Shown piece by piece: positions 25,791 through 36,830 of a DNA stretch of 64,000 bases. The first letter of the stretch is position 1. Every line of letters begins with the position of its first letter. The position numbers and the translations under genes are program-made. Under the pieces are notes generated by a model. It saw only the letters and a program-made list of their open reading frames with translations, had not been told where the DNA came from and ran no database searches. Origin of the DNA: Octopus sinensis (lineage: Eukaryota); contig NC_043016.1 in assembly GCF_006345805.1 (NCBI RefSeq), positions 14,260,001 to 14,324,000 of the forward strand. The letters run 5' to 3'.

Positions 25791-27866
25791 GCTGGAGTTT
25801 AAGTTCACATTCATTTGAGACCTACTCTGTATTATCTATACTGAGTTTGTTTAATTCTCACCTACTCACACTCTGTATCTAATTTATTCTCACCTGCTCA
25901 TTCTATATATAACTGTATTCAATATTCATTACTTTCATGTTTCATTGATAGCTTTATTATATATTATCTTGCAACGACTGGGCTTCTGACATTAGAAAGA
26001 TGAGGTGATGACATCATAGTGAGTTGTGATTCTTCGTATCGACAACTACCAAAGCATCACTGGAAATTGAGGACAGAACACTTGGAGTCTGATTAATTAA
26101 AGTGATGAGCTCAGAAAGTTCTTCCTAGGCTTAAATCACACAATAAAAAAATAATGAGATTCAACCTTTATTGCACAAATGAACCAAAGAATTAAAAAAA
26201 ACTGTTGAAAAGATGTCACTTTTGAAACATACACTTTAGGGAAAAGTCATTCCCTTGCTTCCCCTTTGAATTTGAATCTGCGTCTGGTTAATATTATCAA
26301 ATTCAGCAATTTTTATCACAGCTAGCATTAGATTGACCATACAGGTAATTGACACATCTGTTAATATATATTACTGCCAATCACATTTGGCAGCAGTTGT
26401 TTATAGACATTGAAAGATATCAAAAAAACCATTTTAGATTTTATGTAAAAATACAATCTAAAAGTTTATTGTGATGCTTTGTAATCCTATGATTTGAGCT
26501 TTTGCAAAAGACAATATTAGTTTTGGTTGGAAGCTGTTGTCGTTTGGTCCACATTATATAAGACACCTCTGAAATCTTTTTCTCTAAAGCTATGTTGCAC
26601 ATCCACACTCATAAATATTTAAAGGACATCTCATATAAACACAGACATATCCAATCACAACATGATACGTATATAATGTGACAACAAACTTAAATATATT
26701 CATATTGCTGTTTGATTGTGTTATCCTTAAGCTCTGCATTTAACTATAGTGTGGTTGTGATGAATAATCAACAGAAAACAACATTTATTTGTTGAAAGTT
26801 ACAGTCACAAAATCACACTAAATTGAGTATAATTTTTCATTCTGTTTATTTAACTGGAACACAAAATATACATTTTTTTCAGCAATTGAATAAAGAGCAG
26901 TATTTAAGAATTAACCAATAATAGAATAATTTCTCACTGCAGTATGCTGGTACCACAACCATTCATAATTAGTGAGGACAGATTAAGTTAAAAAAAAGTA
27001 AGAATGACTTTTTGCAAAATTTACCAACATGCTGTGGTGTCTTCAGCTTTTATTAATTTTTGAAGATGGAAAAAAGGCAACATGACTACGTGCAGAATCT
27101 GATAGCTTACTTTTTTGTCAGATTTGTTTGCCTCATTTGTACATTTTCAGCAAAATTCTAGAACATCCTATAAGCCATTTGGCAGGAAGATTCCAGCTCA
27201 TCATTTGATCTGATTGGCTGAACCACAGTCACATGAGCTTAATACCTTTTCAGGTAGCCATAGTCTGAAGCTGGGAAATATGAATATGATGGTTAAAAGA
27301 AATGGTCATCTTGGTACACATGTTTCTCTGACTTTGTTGCAATCCAGTCATTGTTAGTGTTATTAAAATAATTTTGTTTTCTCAACTTATTAATGGTGTA
27401 TTAATCATGGTTTACATCGCAACATTTAAAGCTCAAATGCTAAAATTGATAACCTGACATATTTTCTTCATCACAACAAATAAATGCTAAAAGATACAAA
27501 AACTAAAGTTCATAAGTTGTCACTAAACCACAACATTTGACCCTGGAAGTTGTGCAGCTGGAAATAAATCGTATCAGGTAGGTGAACATCTTGAATCCAA
27601 AGGCTCAGACCTGTGTAGTATCAGGTAATGTGAAGCATCTTCCATCTTGGTAAGGACAATGCCATTAAACAATTACTAGATTTTTCTCTGACTCAGCAAA
27701 ACTCAAGGCTCTCTGTACTGATACTTCAGGGTGATCTACCTGCTGGTCAGATTGCTTTTGCTGACTAGCAATTCACTACATCTCTGCTAATGTGTGCAAG
27801 AATATTGCCAGAAATATGGTTCGAGGGAGTCTAAAATATATGCATAAGTGAAGTAGCAGCAGTTTA

Positions 27867-28640
27867 TGAGGTTGGCTGAAAAGTTTATTGATTGACCAAG
27901 ATTGTCACATGGAATGTGAGGTTTACTTTTCAAGACAGTATCCCTTGCAGTCCCCACACTTCTTCCATCGGTGTTGCAGTGTTTGGATCCCACAGGTGAA
28001 GAAGCATTCGTCCTGTTGCTCAAAAAAAGTCAGCAACAGCAAATATAACATCATCACCACTGCAATACTGGCTCCCATCCGTTTTTTCATGTTGGGGAAG
28101 AGATGATAGTCAGATGGGGACAAATCAGGAGAATAGAGATGTGGTGATCAACCAGTTCAATGCCACACTCATGCACAGCAGCCATTAAAACCATAGATTT
28201 CTGTGCTGAAGAATTTCTGCCCTGATGAAACACGATTCCTTTTGTTAGTTTTCCTGGACGTTTTGTCTTGATAGCCTTTCGCAAATGCCTCAGTATGTTG
28301 GCATAGTACTCTCCATTGATTGTGTGGTCCCTTTGAAGATAGCCAATAAACACAATGCTTTTTACATTCCAAAAAACTGAGGCCGTTACCTTCCCTGCAG
28401 AGGAAAAGGCCTTGGCCTTCTCAGGAGCAGGTGAGGAGGCTGTTTCCACTGCATGGATTGTCTCTTTGTCTCTGACTTTAAGTGATGAAGCTAACTTTAT
28501 AAAATTCCCATGAACTGTCAGTTCCCAAATGACTTCCAGAAAAATATCATTCAGATGGTGTAAAATATGATTATATCGAAATTGTGGAAAATAGATCACG
28601 ATATCTAGAAAATGAAACATGAAATTTTGAAAAAAAAATT
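27867..28640 (-). mobile_element. Mariner transposase remnant with one TIR
   Basis: PEKAKAFSSAGKVTASVFWNVKSIVFIGYL...INGEYYANIL and SPSDYHLFPNMKK motifs. TA followed by TIR-like TGAGGTTGGCTGAAAAGTT at 27865. Confidence 0.88.
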
Positions 28641-29911
28641 AGATGTCTATCAGTATGTGTGTGTGTGCCCACCATTTTAAAAAAAAATTAAATTCCTCTG
28701 TAATCGTAGCTTATAGCAGCTGAAAGGTATTTGTAGGAAACTTCATTAAAAATATGGGAGGAGAGGGGGTGGGGTGCAGAATTAGTAATCGGGGTAAAAT
28801 GAGTAATCTCTGATTTCTTGTTATTTTCTACCTTCCTGTTTGAAATTATTACATTGCAAGTATTGCATCATTATTTTGTATTGCTACATTATATTTAGGA
28901 TTAAAAATTGGTCAGCATAGTTGTTGTTGTTGAAGTTGAAGGAGTCCAAGACATAGTTAGGTGACGGGTACTTTTTCAAGAAATTTTCCCTCAACTTTGA
29001 CCTGGTTGGAATTGAGGCTGCTAATAAAATATCTGGATAATTTTTGCTGTTTAACAATCAGTATTCTTTTCTCTGCTGGATTCCAAGTCAATTTTTTTCC
29101 CACACAAATATATAATTCGATAATTTTCAAGTGTCAAAAAAATGATGTCTAAAATGGGGTAAAATGAGTAACGACTAATTTTAATTATTTCTTCTCTTTA
29201 ACTGGATGGTGGTGAAAATACACCAGGAAGAGAGTCACTCCAGCAGATCGTGAAGAAGCTCGAGAATATATTATTATGTTGGGTTTTTAGATTTAGTCGA
29301 GTTTCGTTAATTTCATATCATGTGCCATTTTTCCATGACCTTCTTTCATCTGACCTAGATATTTTAAATTTTCGATGCATTTCTCATCTTTCTGATGTCC
29401 AGGGATAAATATTGATGTGTATGAGTCTGTTTTCTGGAGGATTGAAACGGCAAATTTACCTTATCTTTGCTTACCTATTTTGCCCCAGCCAAATTTGTCT
29501 TTTATATGCTCAAAGAGAACGGTTATAATTTTCTGAAATAGTGATCAGATTATGTTATAATGCTTTTAATGCATTTAGGGAAGGCCATTAATTTAGCTGA
29601 TTGAGTTTTTGTCTTTAAGTCTAAAATACAGTAAAAACACCTCATTTGCCTCACACTACCTTTATTTTTCTGAAAGTTATGAGGAAACAAAGGCGATGAT
29701 AGAATACACTCGTGTATGAGCCAAATAAGGGATATCAACTATCTAACGTTTATCCTTACGGTTTTAATAGAAACAACGTACATTTATTAGCGATTTTAAA
29801 CGGTTTGTAGAGAGACAAGAGAAATTTTAACAATATAAAATTATACTCCATAGATCAATGTAAAACACCTGTTGCATGTCATTGACCTAAAACAGTAAAT
29901 ATGGTATGATC

Positions 29912-29917
29912 TTTATT
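29912..29917 (-). promoter_or_regulatory. Poly(A) signal AATAAA for the micropeptide transcript
   Basis: + strand TTTATT, 33 nt beyond the stop codon. A second AATAAA lies near 29785. The hexamer is common in AT-rich DNA. Confidence 0.45.
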
Positions 29918-29950
29918 TGTTAAAGTTTCTCTTGCCTCTACAGATTTCTG

Positions 29951-30085
29951 TTAGAAAACTTCCTGAGACAGTAACAGAAATAATATGATGAAGATAAGCA
30001 GCACCAAGCTGAAGTTGGTAAACAAACGGGTGGAGATGGAGCGGGCACCAGCTGTGGCCGTAAACCGATTGTTGCAATCGTTCAT
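29951..30085 (-). CDS. Candidate phospholamban/sarcolipin/sarcolamban-like single-TM micropeptide, 44 aa
   Basis: ATG in aaagcATG context (A at -3). Hydrophobic helix LFTNFSLVLLIFIILFLLL with the regulin L-F-x-N-F motif. More GC-rich than its flanks. Acceptor 10 nt upstream and AATAAA downstream. No expression data. Confidence 0.72.
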   Translation of the reverse strand: MNDCNNRFTATAGARSISTRLFTNFSLVLLIFIILFLLLSQEVF

Positions 30086-30095
30086 GCTTTGTTTA

Positions 30096-30264
30096 CTAAT
30101 GGAACACAAGAAAAAACTTTCTCTCTTACACATTTTATAATACAATAATTTAATTGAAATTTTAAAAAATGAGGTAAATGAAAAATATCGACTTTTAAAT
30201 CGGCAAGATAGAATGAAGTAAACAGAAAGAGTTAAAAACCAATTTTTGGCAATGTTTTACTCAC
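30096..30264 (-). other. Predicted 169-nt 5'UTR intron of the micropeptide gene
   Basis: On the - strand it begins with the consensus donor GTGAGT (30264-30259) and ends TTTTTTCTTGTGTTCCATTAG (AG at 30097-30096). Confidence 0.6.
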
Positions 30265-30614
30265 ATGTTAAACAATGAATATTTTGGAACTTTACTTTGT
30301 GTTGTGGGACACGGGAACATTTCAATTTAGTCTTGTCTCTTCTCCCAAGAAAACAACAATGCTTTTAATCAAATAGAATCATCTACTAATATTCAAAGCA
30401 TTGTCACAAATCTTTGAATATCGATTCATTTAACACATGAAAATCACAAATTGGTCCCAGAGCAAGTTTTTACTTATTTTGCAAAGAATTACAAGAGCGA
30501 TTCTTACTATTATGCTATTATTTATAAATAAGTCTATATAAGTGTTTTTTCCCCTCTCGCACACTCTCTCTCTCTCTCTCTCTCTCTCTTATATATATAT
30601 ATATATATATAATT
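30265..30614. promoter_or_regulatory. Putative bidirectional promoter / first-exon region between the micropeptide gene and AASDH
   Basis: Only 350 bp separate the - strand donor from the AASDH ATG. Contains (CT)n and (AT)n tracts. TSS positions are not determinable. Confidence 0.4.
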
Positions 30615-30743
30615 ATGGGCACCTTACACGATCTTGTCTTGCATGTAATAGATAAGTTCAAAGACCGGGTTGCAGTGATATATGATGATGAATTGGAGAA
30701 TTCTGTTATCACATATAATGATCTTCATAAATTATCCAAACAG
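30615..30743 (+). CDS. AASDH: AASDH/ACSF4 coding exon 1 (MGTLHDLVLHVIDKFKDRVAVIYDDELENSVITYNDLHKLSKQ)
   Basis: ATG with A at -3. Resembles the vertebrate AASDH N-terminus as recalled (MTLQELVH...DRVAV). Donor CAG|GTAAAA, phase 0. Confidence 0.88.
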
Positions 30744-30992
30744 GTAAAAATGATGCTATTATTATCGTTTTTGTTGTTGTTTCTCTTTATTCGTAACTTC
30801 CTAATTTCATCTTTAACTGATAATAATGTTTATACAGTTTTCTTTGTTTTGCTAGTTCTTTCTTTAAACTTAAATCAACCACTGCACATTCTTTGCTGTA
30901 TTTATTTTTCTTTAAATACCTAGATTTAATTTGTTATGATAAGTATCATTTGTTTAAAGTGTTTTGTTTTAATAAATTAATTACCTTTTAAC

Positions 30993-31161
30993 GAGGGCCG
31001 TCTTAGAAGCATTAAAGGTCCCCGGGCAAGTCAGTGCCCTGGGCCCTATAGGATTTATACATTGACTGCAAACCACAGCATACATAGGACAGAATGAATC
31101 CTCTGGACCCGTGAGGACTCCGGGCAACTGCCCAGTATGTCCAAGCTTTAAAACGGCGCTG
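30993..31161. mobile_element. hAT-type MITE in AASDH intron 1
   Basis: TIR GAGGGCCGTCTTAGAAGC / GCTTTAAAACGGCGCTG. Flanks CTTTTAAC / CTTTTCGC. Confidence 0.65.
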
Positions 31162-32492
31162 CTTTTCGCCAATTTGTTTCGAATATTTATTTACACCATA
31201 ATTTTCACCAGGCGACTGCATTATCATTGTCCATATTTTATTTAATAATATGAAATAGAATATCTTTATCGTATTTAATAAAGCTAAAACACATGCGACT
31301 AATATTGTTCATTTCAAACAAAACTTGTTCACTGTGCATCTTGTTGCCAATGTTGATAATATTCTACTTCGCGAATCGATCTTCGAACTTTACAGTTGTG
31401 AAAGGAATCCTTTGTTTGTTGACATTCTATTATTATACAACATCATCTACAAGTGTTTCATGCAATCCCGTTCTCGCTTTTTGTGTCTTTTGCGCGCACA
31501 CCGACTGAAAACCGTTTATATTTTCCCAAAATAATAGTTGTATTTCCTGTTGACAAACTTAATTTTAAATTTAGTTCCAAAGTAAAACGCGAAAATATTG
31601 GTACGATCTGGGGTGGGGGAAAAAAAGATAACCGGTGGATAGAGAACCTCAAGAAATTATTTGTTAAATTTGTCGTTTTGGTGGTAATTCCTTAAACAAT
31701 TTCCCCAACTCTTGTATGTTAGTATTTACATATTAAAAACTTTCTTTGTGTATTATTAAACATTCGATCATTACATTTGACTCCCTCTCTTCTTTTATTC
31801 AAGACTAAATCAGAGGTGGGGCAGTTTCCCCATTATCCTAAATTGGAGATAGGATTAACAGGATAGAATCAGCGTGGCTAATTAAAGGTCAGTCTGAATT
31901 GTTGCCGGTCAATAGATGACGGGAAAACGTGTATAGAAGAGGGGTGTTAATGGATATTTACCTTTTGACCGACAGATTCAGAAAATAATTTTTTGTAACC
32001 AAACACTTTCAAATTTCGTATACTGGTAGAATGTGTCATATAAAACATCTTTTACTCTTAGCGTTTTTAAGAAAAGTTTATAAAGGTCCGGTGTAATTTT
32101 CGAGATGGTGGGGTAAGGAGGGAGAATTTTGGAATAGCTGTTCCTTGAAAATCCCATGCCTCAAGGAAAAGTGAGAACGGGGAAGAGAGAGACGGGGTAA
32201 CCCTGAAATTATAGGGAAATGCTGTTTTTCAGAAACGTAATTTTTGTTGCATGATCCATGGGAATATTAAAAACGAAATGTGTTTAAAAGATCCTTGTAA
32301 TTACCTTTTCCTACAAAGTATGGGGCTTTGAGGGACTACTACTCCAAAACAGTGTTGTTTTTCAGAAGAATGAATTTAATAAAATGTTTTATTTCTGGTT
32401 CTGTGGGATAAAACACTGAATGAAATAGGGAGGATAGAGATGTATACAAATTTAAAAGTGGAAAACACGACTGGCAAATTCAGCAAATATAT

Positions 32493-35400
32493 TGTATATA
32501 TATTATTTATTCATTGAAAAAGAATACAATTAACAAAAGTAAGTACTTTGAAGAGAGAAAAAAATTGCTGCAAAGAAAAGAAAATATAGGAGTGAATTAA
32601 TACACAAAGGAAAGAGGTATACACACTCCATCAATTATCACTCCAGAGGACACTGGTGTTCCCCTCTAAAAGCTTTTTGAGACACCTGAAACAATGTGGA
32701 AGCTTGCAAAGCTGAAGTGATGAACCAACCTGGCATGCTCACTACCTGATAAGCTGGGACACAAGAAACTTCCTTGTCAGCAATCCAGCTCTTCCGAATG
32801 TCTCAACATCTAAAGGCTGAATGATGTAATTTACCAATCTGTTGCAGCATTCCAATATTGTATTCCATTCAGCTACGGGTGCAATGATTGACCTCTCCTC
32901 AGCTACAACTTTAAGAATGTATAAAGAAGTAAAAGTGTTGCTACATGGCATCCTGTAGGGGTTGCCTGCATGTAGCCCAGGAGCAGAGTGGGTCATTGAC
33001 TCTCTTCCTCTATAGTCCCTGGACTATCTCTCTAGTTCCAGAGTTGAAGGGAATATTTACCCTAACAAGAGCTCATTTAATTAGGTATGTCTTGTTTTGG
33101 CAAGTAAACAACTTGCATCTAGTCAGGATGATAATCCATGAAGAACTTTGGAATCAAGGAGCTTTCTTACATCAACGTTCCATTCCCTTGTATTTTACAT
33201 TTCTGACTCAGAGAATGATGGAGATGTTGAGCCCGTCTAAGTCATTGATGTTTGCCATGGACAATGCATCAACCTGGTCTCCAGAAAATTTGGCTTTTAC
33301 TGAAAAGTATATCTTTAATAGTGATCAGGTTGATCAAAATGTGTTTTGATTTCAAATTGTCCTAAACAGTCAATTTATCCTGCAAATGAAATGACCAGTA
33401 ATAATGCAGTGAACAAAGTGAGGAAAGTGCAGATATGAAGTTTATACAGGAATGTGCATTAGAATGGGTGAATGCAGGAACAAAAGGTGTTGGTTAAATT
33501 GCACAGATGGTGGGTGGGTGATCTAACTGAAACGAGTTGGAATATTGATAGAAGACATTTTCTGTGCACATTGCAGAGCTGAAATAATGCGAAAACCCGC
33601 ATGCAGCTTGTTGGATCTGGGCACTCCAGAGGAGAAACAAGAGTGATATTAGTGTCATGCCAAACACCAGGTGGGCTGATGTAGCACCAATTTTGTCTTT
33701 AACAGTGAAGTGAATTCCAAGAGTAATTAGGGGCAAGTATTCTAGCCAATTGCTGTTGTGGAAAGCTCTAAGAGTGGATTTTAGTTGTCAGTGGAATCCT
33801 TCCATTATACTATTGACTGCAGGACGGTAAGCTATTTATTGTAGGAGATCATTTACAATCTAAAAGGCATGTCAATTCTGAGAAAAGAATGGGTTCGAAC
33901 TGACGTCCTCAGTTGTGATTGTAGTAGGTGTTGAAGTGTAGCAGTATCTCATAGAGGGATAGCTTCAGACCATTGAGAAAGCCGATCCACACAGGTGAGG
34001 TATTTGCAATTCTGAAATGATAACGATGATCTGTGGCGGTGAACTTTCGTCATATGACAAGGGACATAACTCTTGGCCAATTCCTTGATATATCTGTTGA
34101 TACCAGGTCACACGAAATGGACTTATCAGCTCTAAAGTGGGATTTGCGCCAGGATATGATAGGTTGTGCAGAGCAGGAAAATACCCCAAATGTCTGTGCT
34201 TTTTCTATACAAAAGGGCCTTTGTGACCAGCAGAGATGTTGCACCAAATAAAACCTGGAAAAGAGGATAGAGGATGAAGTTTGAAAGAGAGAGAGGAAGA
34301 ATTTTGAAGTTTGAGTTCTTCATCTTTTCCCTGATTGACAGTTCTCTTGACGGTTTATAGAGGCAGTGGTATGCAGTGACTTAATGTGGATACAAGAAGG
34401 GGCATCAACTGCTGATTTATCTGAGCCCTTAATGTAACTAATATCTGTGGTGTATTGGGGTATGAGATTCAGGTAACAAATTTCCCTCAGTGAATGATAC
34501 TCAGGTTTAGAATACAAAACACGAGAGATTTGTCATTAGTAGAGATAGAGAATACAGGGTCTTCCAGTTATGATAGAAATGTTTCACACTGAGGTACTTT
34601 GGTAGCAGTTCTTGGCTAAAGGCACTGTATTTCATTTCAGCTGGTTTGAATTACTTGGAGAAGAAAGAAAGCAGTTGCTAGGTACCGTTAACATTCTGCT
34701 TTGACCTTCTGTGAGGAGTTGCAGAAGTTCCACACACTGGGTTTTAAACCAACGATGAAAATTAATCAGACTGATAAACTTCCTTAGTTTCCTGAACAAT
34801 AAAAGAGTGTGAAAATCTAAAATTGATTTAACTGTGTCATTGAGAGAATGAATTCTTCTTTCATTGATACAGTGTCTCAGAAAATTTAAAGAAGACATTT
34901 CACAAAGGCATTTACTGATGCTGATAATGACACCATAGTGAGAGAGATGATCGGAAATTAGTTGCAGATGCTTTTCATGGTCATCTTTGGTAGTGCTGGC
35001 AACAAATAAGTCATCAATATAAGATTAGACACAGGCTAAACCCTGGACTACATTATTTATGAAATATTAGAAAATTAAGGAAGAATTGCATAAACCAGAT
35101 GGCATTTTGGGAAAGTTGAAAAGCCTGAAAGGAATTGTAATGGCCATTTTAGGAATATCTTCTGGCTTGATGGGAATTTGATTGTATGCTGGATCAGACT
35201 AATTTTTGAAAACACTCTAGCACCATAAAGAGTGGAAGAAAAGTTCTGTAAATAAGGGACAGGGTATTTGTTGAGTTTTGTGCATGATTAAGAAGCTGAT
35301 GGTCATGACAAGGCCACTCATCATCTGCAGATTTGTTGGGGATCATATGAAAGGATGAAGACCAGTTGCTGCTGGATCAGCATATGCTTAAACTTTGCTT

Positions 35401-36830
35401 TGGCAATCTTAGCACAATCAGGAACCAGTTTTTGCAGTTTGGGTTAAAATCATAATGGTTGAGCTCTCATGATATGAGTCACAAAGTGAGTGGCTGGATG
35501 ATTTTCAACTGTAGGTTGAGTAATGTCAGGGCACTTATACAATAAAGCATCATACCTGCTTGAATGAGAGACATTAAAACAGGGCTGATAGATGATGCCC
35601 TTCATACTAACACTTTAGATATTGAGATCAGTGACTGGAATCCATTAATCTGTAATGTTTGACATCAACAGCCAAAATGATGGAAGAAATCAGCTCCAAG
35701 AATTGAAGTCAGCAATTTAAAAGCTCTTTTGAGACCAAGACCCAAGGTTATAAATTTTTCTTCAAAAGTTACCATCAGAGAATGGTTAACAACCTGGAGA
35801 AGGATTGGTGATGGTTTGCTGTTACCTGGTGCCATGCTAACCTCTGCTCAGTGTTCACAAGAAAATGGATATCAATTGATGTAAAAAAAGGCAGTTGGAT
35901 TTAGGAAGTGAACCGGGTATGATTGCCACTGTTAGTTCCTGGCAACATTGTTTCCAGAAGGAGAAAGAGAAAGTGAACTGGATGGAGAACACTTATGAGC
36001 ATTGCTATTGAGTGTGCTGTGGTGCCAATACATCAGAAAGGCTACCCAAGTAGCACTTGGACTACAAGACCATGAGACTACACTCTGAAAGTGTATACTG
36101 CTACAGCATGGCTGGATATTTATCTGCACTGACGGTGCATTTATCTTCCTATCTCTGTCTATGAGTTGAGTCTGGAGAGCTGCTACTTCAGAGCTAGTGG
36201 GAAAAGATGAATTATAAGGTGATGAAGAAGAACAAGAAGAGATTACTGGTGGCCTTGGTGTCACTTGTGTAACAGTTGAAAGGAATGTTGAAACTTCTCC
36301 AATGTTGCCAGTTTTATGGCCATTAACTCTTTGGTAGCAGCTCAGAAATATTGCACAGTAGTCAACAGTCACTTGGTGAAAAGCCTGCTTTAAGATAACT
36401 ACATCCATGGGGTTATCTCCCAGTAACTGCTTCACACATGGGAGAACTGTGATGTTTTTTTTTTTGTTTTGTCATCTGGCTCTTCAGTGATGAACGGTTG
36501 GTGCAGTTGTTGTTGCTTTGACTCTGACATTCATTTAATTACCTCTTACTTGAACATTTCGTATAAGACAATGCCAGATAGAGACGCTACCAAACCACTT
36601 CTCTAGCAGGATGTCTGGCGGAAGGGTGACATTCACAAATGAAGTGCAGGCGTTACCTGAGTTTATGAGCAGAGACAAGAATTGCACCTCTATGTAGATA
36701 GATCTCACAGTTGGATTGTATGTCTAGAATGTGGAGACTCTTTGGGATATTGAAGCTTTGGTCATCATTAATAATGTTGAGGGTTTGGTGAAAAGCTGTG
36801 TAGTGTTCTTGAGATGTGGATTACCAGTGT
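32493..36830 (-). mobile_element. Decayed Ty3/Gypsy LTR retrotransposon (gag-PR-RT-RH-IN) in AASDH intron 1
   Basis: Gag remnant (36435-35932), YIDDLFVAS RT motif (35021-35010), ELL RNase H remnant near 34600, integrase HPG and WLEYLPLITLGI...LVFG. Many stops and frameshifts. Paired LTRs not recognisable. Confidence 0.85.

Noticed and set aside
26005-26092. C/D box snoRNA (GTGATGA ... CTGA)
   Set aside because: No terminal stem and no recognisable rRNA/snRNA antisense element. The boxes can occur by chance.
27787-27830. Second sarcolamban-like smORF or coding terminal exon after the acceptor at 27831
   Set aside because: All frames stop within 22 codons, with no LFxxF motif or TM-length helix.
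28785-29490. pogo-like MITE (GGGGTAAAATGAGTAA at 28791 and 29157, inverted-like TTACCTATTTTGCCCC at 29471)
   Set aside because: Termini and TA duplication could not be defined. Too weak to annotate.
29944-30140. + strand exon or ORF (acceptor CTCTACAG at 29943; MMKISSTKLK...)
   Set aside because: All three frames stop soon after the acceptor and no product is recognisable. The open frames are explained as antisense to the micropeptide. A non-coding AASDH exon is not excluded.
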